A stretch of 64,000 nt of DNA. Source: Candidatus Micrarchaeota archaeon CG1_02_47_40 (GTDB taxonomy: Archaea; Micrarchaeota; Micrarchaeia; Anstonellales; CG1-02-47-40). Shown here piece by piece: positions 55,934 to 64,000 of this stretch. The translations under genes and the position numbers were made by a program. The stretch is from contig MNVE01000009.1 in assembly GCA_001871475.1 (NCBI GenBank), forward strand, positions 13,114 through 77,113. The letters run 5' to 3'. The notes beneath the pieces are model-generated. The model was not told where the DNA came from and did not search any database. It was given only the letters and a program-made list of their open reading frames with translations. Positions within the stretch are counted from its first letter, which is position 1, and the number at the start of each line of letters is the position of its first letter.

Positions 55934-55973
55934 TTTTGCTTGCAAAATGCGGGGCCTTGTCCGCAAGGACAAG
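55931..55973 (+). terminator. tRNA trailer: oligo-T plus two hairpins (GCATTTTGC-TT-GCAAAATGC and CTTGTCC-GCAA-GGACAAG, a GNRA tetraloop)
   Basis: Palindromes read directly from the sequence. Archaeal tRNA transcription terminates at T-runs. Confidence 0.35.
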
Positions 55974-56071
55974 TGTCCCCTGCATTCATTTATTTTTCTT
56001 CTTTTCCTTCCTCAAAACCAAAGGTTTATATGCTTTGTATTACGAAACTATCGTTTGGAGATAGTATTGTT

Positions 56072-56878
56072 ATGCAAAAGATAAAACGTTTCGGAGAGAT
56101 GGAATTGCGGCTCATGTTCACGCTTGAACAGCGCGAGAATCAGCTGTTCAGCATTGCGGATGCCAAGCGCATACTCGGCAGTTCAGACGCTTCCGTTTGG
56201 AATGTGCTCAAGCGCCTGATGAAAAAAAGAAGGGTTATCCGCCTGCAGAGGGGCGCCTATCTTTTTGCCCCGCTGCGCAGCGGCGAGGAGGGCTTATGGT
56301 CGGAAGATGCGTTTCGGGTGGTCCCCATGCTCGTAGGAAAGAGAAGATTTTACATCGGTTTTGTTTCAGCTATGAATCACTGGGGGATGACGGAGCAGCT
56401 GCCCATAGTGGTTTATGTTGCCCTGAAACGCCAGAAAAGAGGCATTGATGCGGTGCAGTCCCGGTTTGTTTTCGTCAAAAAAAAGCGGCTTGGGAAGTTT
56501 TTGCAGATTTCTCTAGGCGATACGAAGGTTAATATTTCCACGGTTGAGCAGACGATACTGGACGGGCTGTCCTTCCCGGAATACTGCCTTGGAATCGCCG
56601 GAATTGCCAAGGCAATCTGGTTTGTGCAAAAAGATATTGAGTGGCAAAAGCTTCTTTCCCTTGCAAAAAGCGAAAAAAACGCCGTGCGGAGGCGTTTGGG
56701 ATATCTTCTTGAGATTCTTGGTTTCAGAAGGCAGGCAAAGGAGTTGGAAGGTGTTTTTTCCGGCTATTTCTGGCTGGACCCGTCAAATCTGAGGGATGAC
56801 TTTGAATATTCAAAAAAATGGGGATTGAAGATAAATCTGAAAAAACGGGATTTGCTTGAATTCATGGAGGTGCACTGA
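56072..56878 (+). CDS. AbiEi-like antitoxin/regulator (TA module 4)
   Basis: wHTH (SIADAKRILGSSDASVWNVLKRLMKKRRVIRLQRGAY) and a FVSAMNHWGMTEQLP AbiEi motif. Start set at an internal Met. Confidence 0.55.
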   Translation: MQKIKRFGEMELRLMFTLEQRENQLFSIADAKRILGSSDASVWNVLKRLMKKRRVIRLQRGAYLFAPLRSGEEGLWSEDAFRVVPMLVGKRRFYIGFVSAMNHWGMTEQLPIVVYVALKRQKRGIDAVQSRFVFVKKKRLGKFLQISLGDTKVNISTVEQTILDGLSFPEYCLGIAGIAKAIWFVQKDIEWQKLLSLAKSEKNAVRRRLGYLLEILGFRRQAKELEGVFSGYFWLDPSNLRDDFEYSKKWGLKINLKKRDLLEFMEVH

Positions 56879-57628
56879 ATGAACGCCGAAGAATTGAACA
56901 GGAAGGCGGTATCCGCCGGCATTCCGCGTGCAATAATGGAAAAGGATTACGTGCTTTCGGTTGTGCTCTTCCATATTTCAAAATCCGTCCTTGCTGAAAG
57001 GATGCTTTTCAAGGGAGGCACTGCACTCAAGAAGGTTTATTTTCCCGATGCAAGATTTTCCGAAGATTTGGATTTTGCTGCACGGGCATCTGATGAGAGG
57101 ACGATAATGGATGAACTGAAGTCGCTTTTTGAAGACAGAGAACTCAAAGGCATCAGATTCGCATTCCTGGAAAAAGAAAGGTCGCACGCGGGCTTGAGGG
57201 CCGCCCTGAAATTTTCCTTCATTCTCGGGCATACGCAGAGAATCCGCTTTGATTTCAGTTTCCGCGAAAACGTCGCGTCAAAGCCGGAGAAAAGGGCGAT
57301 TGTGGATGAATATAATCTTGGCAATGCGGAATTGCTTGTGATTCCGCTTGAGGAGCTGTTTGCGGAAAAAATTAACGCGCTTTTTGGAAGAATTGCCGTC
57401 AGAGATTTGTATGATGTCTGGTTTCTGTTCAAACGCGGCATAAAGGCGGATAAGCTGATGATAAAAAGGAAGTTTGCCTATTACAATGAAGAATACGAAC
57501 CCTCAAAACTGAAAGGAAGGATAAACTTGTTCAGAAAAGACTGGAAGAGAGATTTGGCTCAATTCATGAATGACGTTCCGGATTTTGATGGAATTGCGGA
57601 TGAAACTGTGAAATTTCTTGAAGAATAA
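56879..57628 (+). CDS. AbiEii-like nucleotidyltransferase toxin (DUF1814)
   Basis: FKGGTALKKVYFPDARFSEDLDFA signature. It starts 1 bp after the upstream stop. Confidence 0.7.
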   Translation: MNAEELNRKAVSAGIPRAIMEKDYVLSVVLFHISKSVLAERMLFKGGTALKKVYFPDARFSEDLDFAARASDERTIMDELKSLFEDRELKGIRFAFLEKERSHAGLRAALKFSFILGHTQRIRFDFSFRENVASKPEKRAIVDEYNLGNAELLVIPLEELFAEKINALFGRIAVRDLYDVWFLFKRGIKADKLMIKRKFAYYNEEYEPSKLKGRINLFRKDWKRDLAQFMNDVPDFDGIADETVKFLEE

Positions 57629-57809
57629 TTGCTTGGTGGTTGGAGGATGCCAAAAACCCTTGTAGCCTTTGAAAGCAAATATGAAAGCGCAAGCGAAACT
57701 GCTTTTCGTAAAGGGTGAGGAATTACCACATAGTGTTTGAGGCAAGCGGTTCAGGCGTAATTTTATACCGCGTCAGAAAGAGAGATGATGCGTATGATTG
57801 AAATTCCAA

Positions 57810-58706
57810 TCATATGGTTGAATTTTTCAGCTTTGACAATTGAGAGTTAACATAGGCAAGATTTTCTTCTATTTCTTTCTTTTCTTCTTGGTCATCAGTA
57901 TGTTCCGAAGCCAGTTCTAGGTCTATCTTCGCTTTGTCAAACCTCTTAATTTGAACATAGGCCCTCCCGCGATTTATATAAGCCTTGAAAAAATTCGAAT
58001 CAAACGTAATCGATTTGGCATAATCTTTTATTGCCTGTTGAAAGTTATTGTAATATGTCCGATGTCTATTGCCTCTGCTGTTGTATGCGACAGCGTATTT
58101 AGGTATGCGTTTTACCGCTTCATTGTAGCACGCTAAACTTCGGTCAAAATGTTCTTCAAGACCAAACTTCAAGGCAGCCCGATAAAGCAATCCTTCGTTT
58201 CTGCTTCTTTCATGATAATGACCCAATGCGTGGTAGGTTATAGCTTGAATTTGTTTCACATCTGAACCTTTATAGTATCTTATTTTTTTATGAACTGGAA
58301 GCGCATTTTGAGTGGGATAAAACTGTCCGTTTGTCGTTTCAAAATAACCATTTTCTGTTCCAATAAAAACGTGCTCTGCCACAAGAATTATTTTGGATTT
58401 TACCCCTAATTCACGTAGAATGTCAAATACTAAAAAGGAGAGCGTGTCGCAATCCCAATCTCCATTATTTAACGCAGAATAAAGCAAATCGTCACGAATA
58501 TCAGATTTCGCAGTTATGCCTTGTGATTTAAGTGCACTTGCCAGATTGACAAACGATTTCTTTTCCTTACAGAGTGTTTGAATGCCGTTCGCTACTGTTG
58601 AAACGATGCGAGTATATTGCGAAGTATAAGCTGGTAGTTCTCCACATCTGTTGAGGGCTTTTAGCTCTATTTTCAGGCGTTCAACGCCCGCATAAATTTT
58701 CTTCAT
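57810..58706 (-). CDS. transglutaminase-like (Cys-His-Asp) domain protein with C-terminal TPR repeats
   Basis: GDWDCDTLSFLVFDIL (Cys), LVAEHVFIGTENG (His), then TPR-like YNEAVK..AYNSRG.. repeats. Lies in the AT-rich island. Confidence 0.4.
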   Translation of the reverse strand: MKKIYAGVERLKIELKALNRCGELPAYTSQYTRIVSTVANGIQTLCKEKKSFVNLASALKSQGITAKSDIRDDLLYSALNNGDWDCDTLSFLVFDILRELGVKSKIILVAEHVFIGTENGYFETTNGQFYPTQNALPVHKKIRYYKGSDVKQIQAITYHALGHYHERSRNEGLLYRAALKFGLEEHFDRSLACYNEAVKRIPKYAVAYNSRGNRHRTYYNNFQQAIKDYAKSITFDSNFFKAYINRGRAYVQIKRFDKAKIDLELASEHTDDQEEKKEIEENLAYVNSQLSKLKNSTI

Positions 58707-58736
58707 AAAAAGATGTAACGACGGAAGGATAAAAAC

Positions 58737-59165
58737 TTAATAGGGGTGGATTCTCCTCTTCACCCACGCTGCCAAACCCGCAATTATTCCGCCGAGGAGA
58801 GTGTTCTCCACCACTATTATCGCAAGCATAAAGAGCAGTGAAGGGATATCTGGCAAACGTATGCCAAGCACCGGAGCATTAAGAAAAAGATGGCTAAAAA
58901 GCTCCGAAAGGCAGAACGCGAGCGCTGAAGCAAATGAAACAAGCGCGCCGTATTTTGAAGCTGTGAAGATGCCTTCTTTTGCATAAATAATGCCAGTATA
59001 CGCAACTACTGCCAATCCCGCAAGCGAGAAAATAATGTTTGCAGGCGAGTAGAAAAGGACTGGTGGAATAACTCCTGATAAAATAAGCACCCCTTCAAGA
59101 AGGGAGATGAAAACTGCAAGGAAAACAAGAGGGCATGGGCTTTGCATTGCTTTTTTATCTTTCAC
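58737..59165 (-). CDS. small integral membrane protein
   Basis: Four predicted TM helices. Confidence 0.35.
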   Translation of the reverse strand: MKDKKAMQSPCPLVFLAVFISLLEGVLILSGVIPPVLFYSPANIIFSLAGLAVVAYTGIIYAKEGIFTASKYGALVSFASALAFCLSELFSHLFLNAPVLGIRLPDIPSLLFMLAIIVVENTLLGGIIAGLAAWVKRRIHPY

Positions 59166-59178
59166 GAGAGTTCACCTC

Positions 59179-59904
59179 TTAAAAATCCATTTTGATTTTC
59201 TCTTTAGCGGAATATAATTCAGGCAAGTGCTTTTCGCTTATTCTGAAACCAGCCCCATGGTCCCTAACTGATCCATTTTCTTTAATGTGCATGCGAAATT
59301 CCCAAACAATCACGCCATCAAGCAGCAGCTGTTCAAAATTCTCTTCGCTTAAATCGGAAAGGAAATAAGCTTCAGTATAATGGAATTGCTCTTTGCGTCT
59401 TTTCTTTCGTGTTTCGGCAAACACTATCAGCAGATTTTGGGATAATTTTTCTTTTATCTTGCCCATTAATTCTTTGATTTCAAAATAGCAAACGGCCCCA
59501 TTTTTTTTATGAATTATGTTAATCCTGTTGAGGGGCTTATTAATTTCCAATTTGAGCCTGTGCGTATTAAAATCAACGGCAGTAATTGTCACCTTTAATC
59601 CTTGTCTGCCTTTTGCGTCAGAATAGCCATATTTTCTTATTATTTTTTCGGCAGATAATGGATTCCAATGAGGCGATTTTGTTATCAAAGTCACTCTAGA
59701 ACTGGCAGTTGCTCGCTGGGATTTCAACTCTATTATTCGTCCTTCAAACTGAAAATCATTGGAAACGTTGTTTTCAGGTATGCCGAATAGCTCTTCAAGA
59801 GTTTTGCCTATGCCCGTGTTTCCTGAACGAAGCGATTCTATAAAACCCAATTTATAGATTCCCTTGAGCTTTTTTCTGAAATTTATAACTGGAAGCTTGC
59901 CCAT
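59179..59904 (-). CDS. MvaI/BcnI-family type IIP restriction endonuclease
   Basis: The C-terminal block IVFAETRKKRRKEQFHYTEAYFL...DGVIVWEF...RDHGAGFRI matches remembered BcnI/MvaI conserved blocks. Adjacent to a convergently arranged methyltransferase. Confidence 0.55.
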   Translation of the reverse strand: MGKLPVINFRKKLKGIYKLGFIESLRSGNTGIGKTLEELFGIPENNVSNDFQFEGRIIELKSQRATASSRVTLITKSPHWNPLSAEKIIRKYGYSDAKGRQGLKVTITAVDFNTHRLKLEINKPLNRINIIHKKNGAVCYFEIKELMGKIKEKLSQNLLIVFAETRKKRRKEQFHYTEAYFLSDLSEENFEQLLLDGVIVWEFRMHIKENGSVRDHGAGFRISEKHLPELYSAKEKIKMDF

Positions 59905-59946
59905 AGCGGGGCTTGCTCAATACAGAGTTATAAACCGCACACGCGC

Positions 59947-61272
59947 CTATTTGCGCACCACAATAATACTCTCTTTGTCCATAGTCCTCCCAACAATTCC
60001 CGCTTCATTTGTGGGGCTGTTGATTAGGGGAATTGTTTTATATGGAATATTTCTGCCGTTGTTCTCAATAGTTTCAAAGCCGATTTCCTCGCATAATTCC
60101 GAGGTTATGGTGCTTGAAGGGATAGATGTTTCTTTAACTGTCCTATTGCCGATTACTATGCCGGCAACCCCGTCTTTACGTAAAACTCGGTGCATTTGCT
60201 TGTAAACGTCATTTAGGTCTACAAAAAACCATGCTACTTCTTCGGCACGCTGAATATCCTTGCTAGCGATCGATTTAAGCACTTTATCAAGCGATTTAGA
60301 TTTTAAGGAGTAGTCGTAATTCTTCCTTAATGAGCCGCCTAAACTGGCTTTATCTAATTTAGTAATTTCCTCGTAACTTCCAATCTCATCGCAGTCTAGC
60401 CCTAACCATTGAAGAGAAAGCCTGGAAAATTGACCGTATGCTACTGTTGTTCTGCTGTCGCCATAAGGAGGGGAGGTGACTATAAGGTCAATGCTATTGT
60501 CTTTGATTATATTTTTTGTATATCTTGCGTCGGCTTTGTAAACACGGCAATGGCTTTGTAAATTGGTGGATTGGTTAAATTCCAGCAGACAGGACATTGA
60601 TTTTTTGAGCGCTTCTTTGAATATTTTCATAGTATTTGGATTGTGTTTTTCCAGGAGAGTTGGAGAATAACGGTATAACTTAAATTCGCCTGAGCGTGTG
60701 TTTGAAGCTTTGCGGACAGTTAATGAAAATGGAACTAAAAGAAAATTTCGTATTTCTTTATCCTCAACTTTAAAGATTTGCTCCCGAATTATCGCTAAAT
60801 CTGATATTATTTGGGGTTTAAACCAGAATTCTATATTCCCGAAATCTGGAGGAGATGGCTTTCGTTTATTTGACGTATCAAACTTGTTAAATTGAGAATT
60901 TAATTTTTCAAGAAACTCAAAAACTTGTTTCTTTAAATAATTGGTTTCAATTGGCGTTGTTTTCACTTTGGAGAGCAGGATAGCCAGGGGATTGAGGTCT
61001 GTTCCAATAGCCTGCCTTTCTGACAGCACTGCTTCCACAAGAACCGTGCCGCTGCCGCACATTGGGTCATAAACAAGCTCATCTGTTTGAGAGTATTTTT
61101 TTATCAGCTTTTCGGCTATCTGCGGCACCATCCTGGCAGGATAAGTATGCATGCCGTGAGTATTATGCCGTGTATCTGCTGTTTCAAAATCCCAATCTTC
61201 GGTCTTTTGGATTTGAACAACTGCCTGCCCGGAGGAATACATCTCAAGAGTTGAATCTTTCATGTTTTCCAT
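59947..61272 (-). CDS. N4-cytosine/N6-adenine DNA methyltransferase
   Basis: Motif I VYDPMCGSGT and motif IV TSPPYGD (SPPY). Confidence 0.8.
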   Translation of the reverse strand: MENMKDSTLEMYSSGQAVVQIQKTEDWDFETADTRHNTHGMHTYPARMVPQIAEKLIKKYSQTDELVYDPMCGSGTVLVEAVLSERQAIGTDLNPLAILLSKVKTTPIETNYLKKQVFEFLEKLNSQFNKFDTSNKRKPSPPDFGNIEFWFKPQIISDLAIIREQIFKVEDKEIRNFLLVPFSLTVRKASNTRSGEFKLYRYSPTLLEKHNPNTMKIFKEALKKSMSCLLEFNQSTNLQSHCRVYKADARYTKNIIKDNSIDLIVTSPPYGDSRTTVAYGQFSRLSLQWLGLDCDEIGSYEEITKLDKASLGGSLRKNYDYSLKSKSLDKVLKSIASKDIQRAEEVAWFFVDLNDVYKQMHRVLRKDGVAGIVIGNRTVKETSIPSSTITSELCEEIGFETIENNGRNIPYKTIPLINSPTNEAGIVGRTMDKESIIVVRK

Positions 61273-61361
61273 TGCATCAAAAAGATTTATTAACCTATCT
61301 ATTAACTATATTGTAATTAACTTGTAATTAAGTTATTATAAAAGTGTGACTAAATTTAGTT
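61273..61361. promoter_or_regulatory. AT-rich divergent promoter region with direct repeats TTGTAATTAA x2 and palindrome TAACTT-GTAATTA-AGTTA; candidate C-box-like operator
   Basis: Read directly from the sequence between the divergent MTase and small wHTH gene. Confidence 0.3.
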
Positions 61362-61640
61362 ATGGCAATTAATTGGAACCATTATGGATTTGTAAAGGCA
61401 AGCAAATACCGAAGTAAAATCGTGGAGGCTTTGGCTGCCGCCCCAAAAACTCCCTCGCAAATCGCAAACGAGATTAAGCTTTTCAAAACCCATACCAGTA
61501 CTGTTTTGAAAGAACTTGTAAATGAAAAGATAGTGGAATGCCTGACGCCAAACTTAAGACGCGGGAAGATATTTGGCTTAACCGCGAATGGAAAGGCAGT
61601 TGCTTCTCAAATGCAAGGCAAAATATCAAAAACAAGATGA
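61362..61640 (+). CDS. small winged-helix regulator, candidate controller (C) protein of the R-M system
   Basis: 92 aa with a wHTH (PKTPSQIANEIKLFKTHTSTVLKELVNEKIV). Divergent from the MTase. Confidence 0.4.
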   Translation: MAINWNHYGFVKASKYRSKIVEALAAAPKTPSQIANEIKLFKTHTSTVLKELVNEKIVECLTPNLRRGKIFGLTANGKAVASQMQGKISKTR

Positions 61641-61644
61641 TGAT

Positions 61645-61800
61645 TTGCAACGAGGGCTCTCGGCGGGCAAGCCCGCCGTATCCGCCAGCTCGTTGCAAAA
61701 TTTTGAAAATCGCTCCTCCCTGCGCGAAGCGCGGGGTATTGAGCAGACGAAACCTGCGAAATACGTATCCGAAGGATACGGTATCCGCGTAAAGCGATTT
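61645..61800. repeat. hairpin-rich repeat element (module A TTGCAACGAG..CTCGTTGCAAAATTTTGAAAA; module B GAGCAGACGAA..CTGCGAAATACGT.TCCGA.GGA) related to 41750-41798 and 20669-20700
   Basis: Shared modules identified by eye. Nested palindromes CGGCGGG-CAAG-CCCGCCG, CGCG-AAG-CGCG, GTATCC-GAAG-GATAC. Confidence 0.55.
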
Positions 61801-61852
61801 TCAAATGAGCTAATTCTTCCCTTCGCTCTTCCCGCAAAAATAAGCGCGCTTC

Positions 61853-62323
61853 TCACCTCATCGGCGTTATTATCACTATATCCGCAGTATTTCTCAATGC
61901 AACGGAAAAGCCCGGCTCCGCGCCTATTACAATGGTTTCCTTTCCAAGCTCTTTTGCTTTTATCAAAACAGGACGGAAATCATTATCCCTTGTCATTAAG
62001 GCAATCTTGTTGATTGCCGGATTGAAAACCTGCTGCATCGCTTCAACCGCCATTGTCACATCCACGTCTCCTGTTGTGATTATCGGCTCAAATCCCTGGT
62101 TGGTCATTGCCTCTATCAGCTTGTCGGAAGCATACTGGTCAAGGAATACCTTTGCCACTTTTATCTGCCCGTGCTTCTCCACTTCCCTTTTCACGGCAAT
62201 CAAATCCGGCTTCATCTCCCGTCTTATGGTGTTGGGGCCGTCTATGAGAAGAGCTATGTTCCCCTCTACCTTCTTCTGCTTTATCATTTTCTTGATGGAT
62301 TCAATCAAATTCACGTTTGGCAT
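61853..62323 (-). CDS. NYN/LabA-like (PIN-related) domain protein
   Basis: [10 protein letters not shown] start typical of NYN domains, with conserved acidic residues. Confidence 0.55.
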   Translation of the reverse strand: MPNVNLIESIKKMIKQKKVEGNIALLIDGPNTIRREMKPDLIAVKREVEKHGQIKVAKVFLDQYASDKLIEAMTNQGFEPIITTGDVDVTMAVEAMQQVFNPAINKIALMTRDNDFRPVLIKAKELGKETIVIGAEPGFSVALRNTADIVIITPMR

Positions 62324-63054
62324 ATTACGTCACCGGGAATGCCGTAGAAGCGCAATGCGTTTTCGCATGTCTTTTCTGCAGCCTCTTCCTCAGTTATTTC
62401 CAGCTCTTTGCTTATTATTCTTATGGATTGGACAACGTCAAGCGGGGTTTTTCCTATATACGGCGCATCCGTTTCAGCCACGAGGCGGGAAATACCTACT
62501 TCCCTTATTGCCTTCCTTCTTCCTGCTGAAGGAAGCGGAGGGATGGAAATAATGCCTTCCATTTCAACTGCTCTTTTCGCATCCTTTTCATTGCCTGAAA
62601 AGCAGTGCAGCATAAAGGAGAGGGGAGAATGCGATTCCAGCACGTCAAGCACTTCCTTATACGCATCCCTGCAATGAATTACAAGCGGGAGGCGCATCTC
62701 CTGTGCAAGTGTTATCATCTCCCCAAAACATGTTCTCTGCCTTTCCTTCAACTCCTCCGTCTTGCCCCAGTGAAAATCCAATCCGGTTTCCCCTATTGCC
62801 ACGGGTTTGCTTTTGCGTATAAAATCACACCATTTTGGCAGTTCTTCCGCTAAATTCGCATATTGCTGCGCGGTTTGCGGCGCAATTCCCAAAGAGGCAT
62901 AGGTGTTTTTGCAACTGTGTGCAATTTCGGCGTTTTTCACATTGGATTCGTGGGAATAGCCGCAGGTAAATATTGTGAAGTTTGGCGGGGCTTTGAACGC
63001 GGGTATTGCCTCAAGGTGCGCATGCGCATCAGCCATCTTAATAGTCTCGTCCAT
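62311..63054 (-). CDS. tatD: TatD-family metal-dependent hydrolase/DNase
   Basis: DAHAHL N-terminus, GETGLD, HCRDA and ETDAPY motifs. Confidence 0.8.
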   Translation of the reverse strand: MDETIKMADAHAHLEAIPAFKAPPNFTIFTCGYSHESNVKNAEIAHSCKNTYASLGIAPQTAQQYANLAEELPKWCDFIRKSKPVAIGETGLDFHWGKTEELKERQRTCFGEMITLAQEMRLPLVIHCRDAYKEVLDVLESHSPLSFMLHCFSGNEKDAKRAVEMEGIISIPPLPSAGRRKAIREVGISRLVAETDAPYIGKTPLDVVQSIRIISKELEITEEEAAEKTCENALRFYGIPGDVICQT

Positions 63055-63119
63055 ACGGATGTTTTAAAAATTGTATCAAATATAACCCTTTGGTAGCTCA
63101 AATTTTAAGGGAGTGATTT

Positions 63120-63518
63120 TTGATGAGCAAGATTTTTTCAGTTGCAAAAGAATTAAAGGAAGGAAAATACGTGATGATTGACGACGTGCCGTGCAGGGTG
63201 GTGAGCATTGACTCCTCAAAGCCGGGAAAGCACGGGGCGGCAAAGATGAGGGTGGTTGGAATGGGCATTTTTGACAACCAGAAGAAAAACCTCCTCGTGC
63301 CATCCGATGCGGACATAGAAGTGCCTATTATTGAAAGAAAAAGCGCGCAGGTTATATCCGTTTCGGGAAGCACCATGCAGATGATGGATACTGAAAGCTT
63401 TGAAACTTATGAGCTTGCAATCCCTCCGGAGCTTGTGGGAAAGGTGGAAACGGGAAAGGAATGCGAAATGATGGAAGCGCTTGGAAGAAGGGCAGTCATT
63501 AGGATAAAGGGAGAATGA
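63120..63518 (+). CDS. eif5a: translation initiation factor 5A (aIF5A)
   Basis: Hypusination loop SSKPGKHGAAK and a C-terminal OB-fold. Confidence 0.85.
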   Translation: MMSKIFSVAKELKEGKYVMIDDVPCRVVSIDSSKPGKHGAAKMRVVGMGIFDNQKKNLLVPSDADIEVPIIERKSAQVISVSGSTMQMMDTESFETYELAIPPELVGKVETGKECEMMEALGRRAVIRIKGE

Positions 63519-63552
63519 AGAAGAGAAAATGGGAAGAGGAGAATAAAACAAG

Positions 63553-63942
63553 GTGAAAAAAATGGATATTCAAATAACAAAGGAAAAAGAAAACAAGACG
63601 ATTGGCAGAAGGGAAATTGAGTTTGCCGGAGAGGGGGAAAGAATTACTCCCTCAAGGGAGAAGGTGCTTGAAAAATTGGCTGAAAGGCTTGCGATTAGGG
63701 AGGAATTCATCACCATAAAGGAGATAAGAAATGTGTATGGAAGCCATTCCTTTACCGGCATTGCGCATGTTTACCAGAAAAAGGAGAGGATGGCGGAGAT
63801 TGAGCCGGGGTATTTATTGAAGAGGGGAGTGAAGGAAGAGAAAAAAGGAGAAGCACCAAAAGCCGCCGAAGAAAAGCCGAAAGAGCATAAGAAGGAAGAG
63901 GCAAAAAAAGAGGAGAAGCCTAAGGAAGCGAAGAAGGAATAG
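63553..63942 (+). CDS. rps24e: ribosomal protein S24e with lysine-rich C-terminal tail
   Basis: IGRREIEFAGEGERITPSREKVLEKLA matches the S24e N-terminal domain. The C-terminus is KE-rich low complexity. Confidence 0.7.
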   Translation: MKKMDIQITKEKENKTIGRREIEFAGEGERITPSREKVLEKLAERLAIREEFITIKEIRNVYGSHSFTGIAHVYQKKERMAEIEPGYLLKRGVKEEKKGEAPKAAEEKPKEHKKEEAKKEEKPKEAKKE

Positions 63943-64000
63943 ATAAAGAAGGCGGAAGGCAAGCCTGCTGAAGCGAAAAAAGAATAGGCGAAGAAAGCGG

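Noticed and set aside
55926-55984. Direct repeat of the tRNA 3' end (CCCCTGCA) as attL/attR of an integrated element
   Set aside because: Only 8 bp are shared, no integrase gene is present, and no matching repeat was found at the far end of the AT-rich island. Retained only as a weak remark in the tRNA finding.
61538-62013. ORFs 61538-61792, 61588-62013 and 61607-61856 across the hairpin element and NYN gene
   Set aside because: They overlap the hairpin repeat element and the convincing minus-strand NYN-domain gene. Their apparent similarity to the 41540 ORF is DNA-repeat derived.

Overview
The window reads as an archaeal chromosome segment, possibly from a DPANN-like lineage. Archaeal informational genes are present throughout: DNA primase priS/priL, nop10, aIF2-alpha, ribosomal proteins L44e/S27e/S24e, aIF5A with deoxyhypusine synthase, RNase HII, Trm1, and a tRNA-Leu carrying two introns. 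Housekeeping content includes an alternative mevalonate-pathway cluster (UbiD-family decarboxylase, AcnX large and small subunits, IPK), CTP synthase, an SAH-salvage trio (ahcY, PfkB-family kinase, mtaD), two-subunit 2-oxoacid:ferredoxin oxidoreductase, a class-I (bacterial-type) GAPDH, type-I dehydroquinase, HtpX/LemA, and a complete UvrABC set. The accessory content is dense: four AbiEi/AbiEii-like toxin-antitoxin pairs (one a variant with a different nucleotidyltransferase) and two further putative toxin-antitoxin-like pairs. A Dcm-Vsr-putative nuclease-VIT cassette splits uvrAB from uvrC. An AT-rich, tRNA-adjacent island carries an AbiE pair, a transglutaminase-like TPR protein and an MvaI/BcnI-like restriction-modification system with a candidate controller protein. 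There are two AAA_14/DUF4143 ATPases and a 742-aa tandem-repeat protein whose C-terminus looks caspase/CHAT-like. A family of short hairpin-forming (GAAG/GNRA-loop) repeat elements is scattered through intergenic DNA. Some copies appear to lie in-frame inside conserved genes (aroD, ahcY, the uvrA 5' end, the C-terminus of one AbiEi-like gene), which resembles Rickettsia palindromic elements. All functional calls come from recognising motifs in the translated ORFs and from reading the DNA by eye; no database searches were run.
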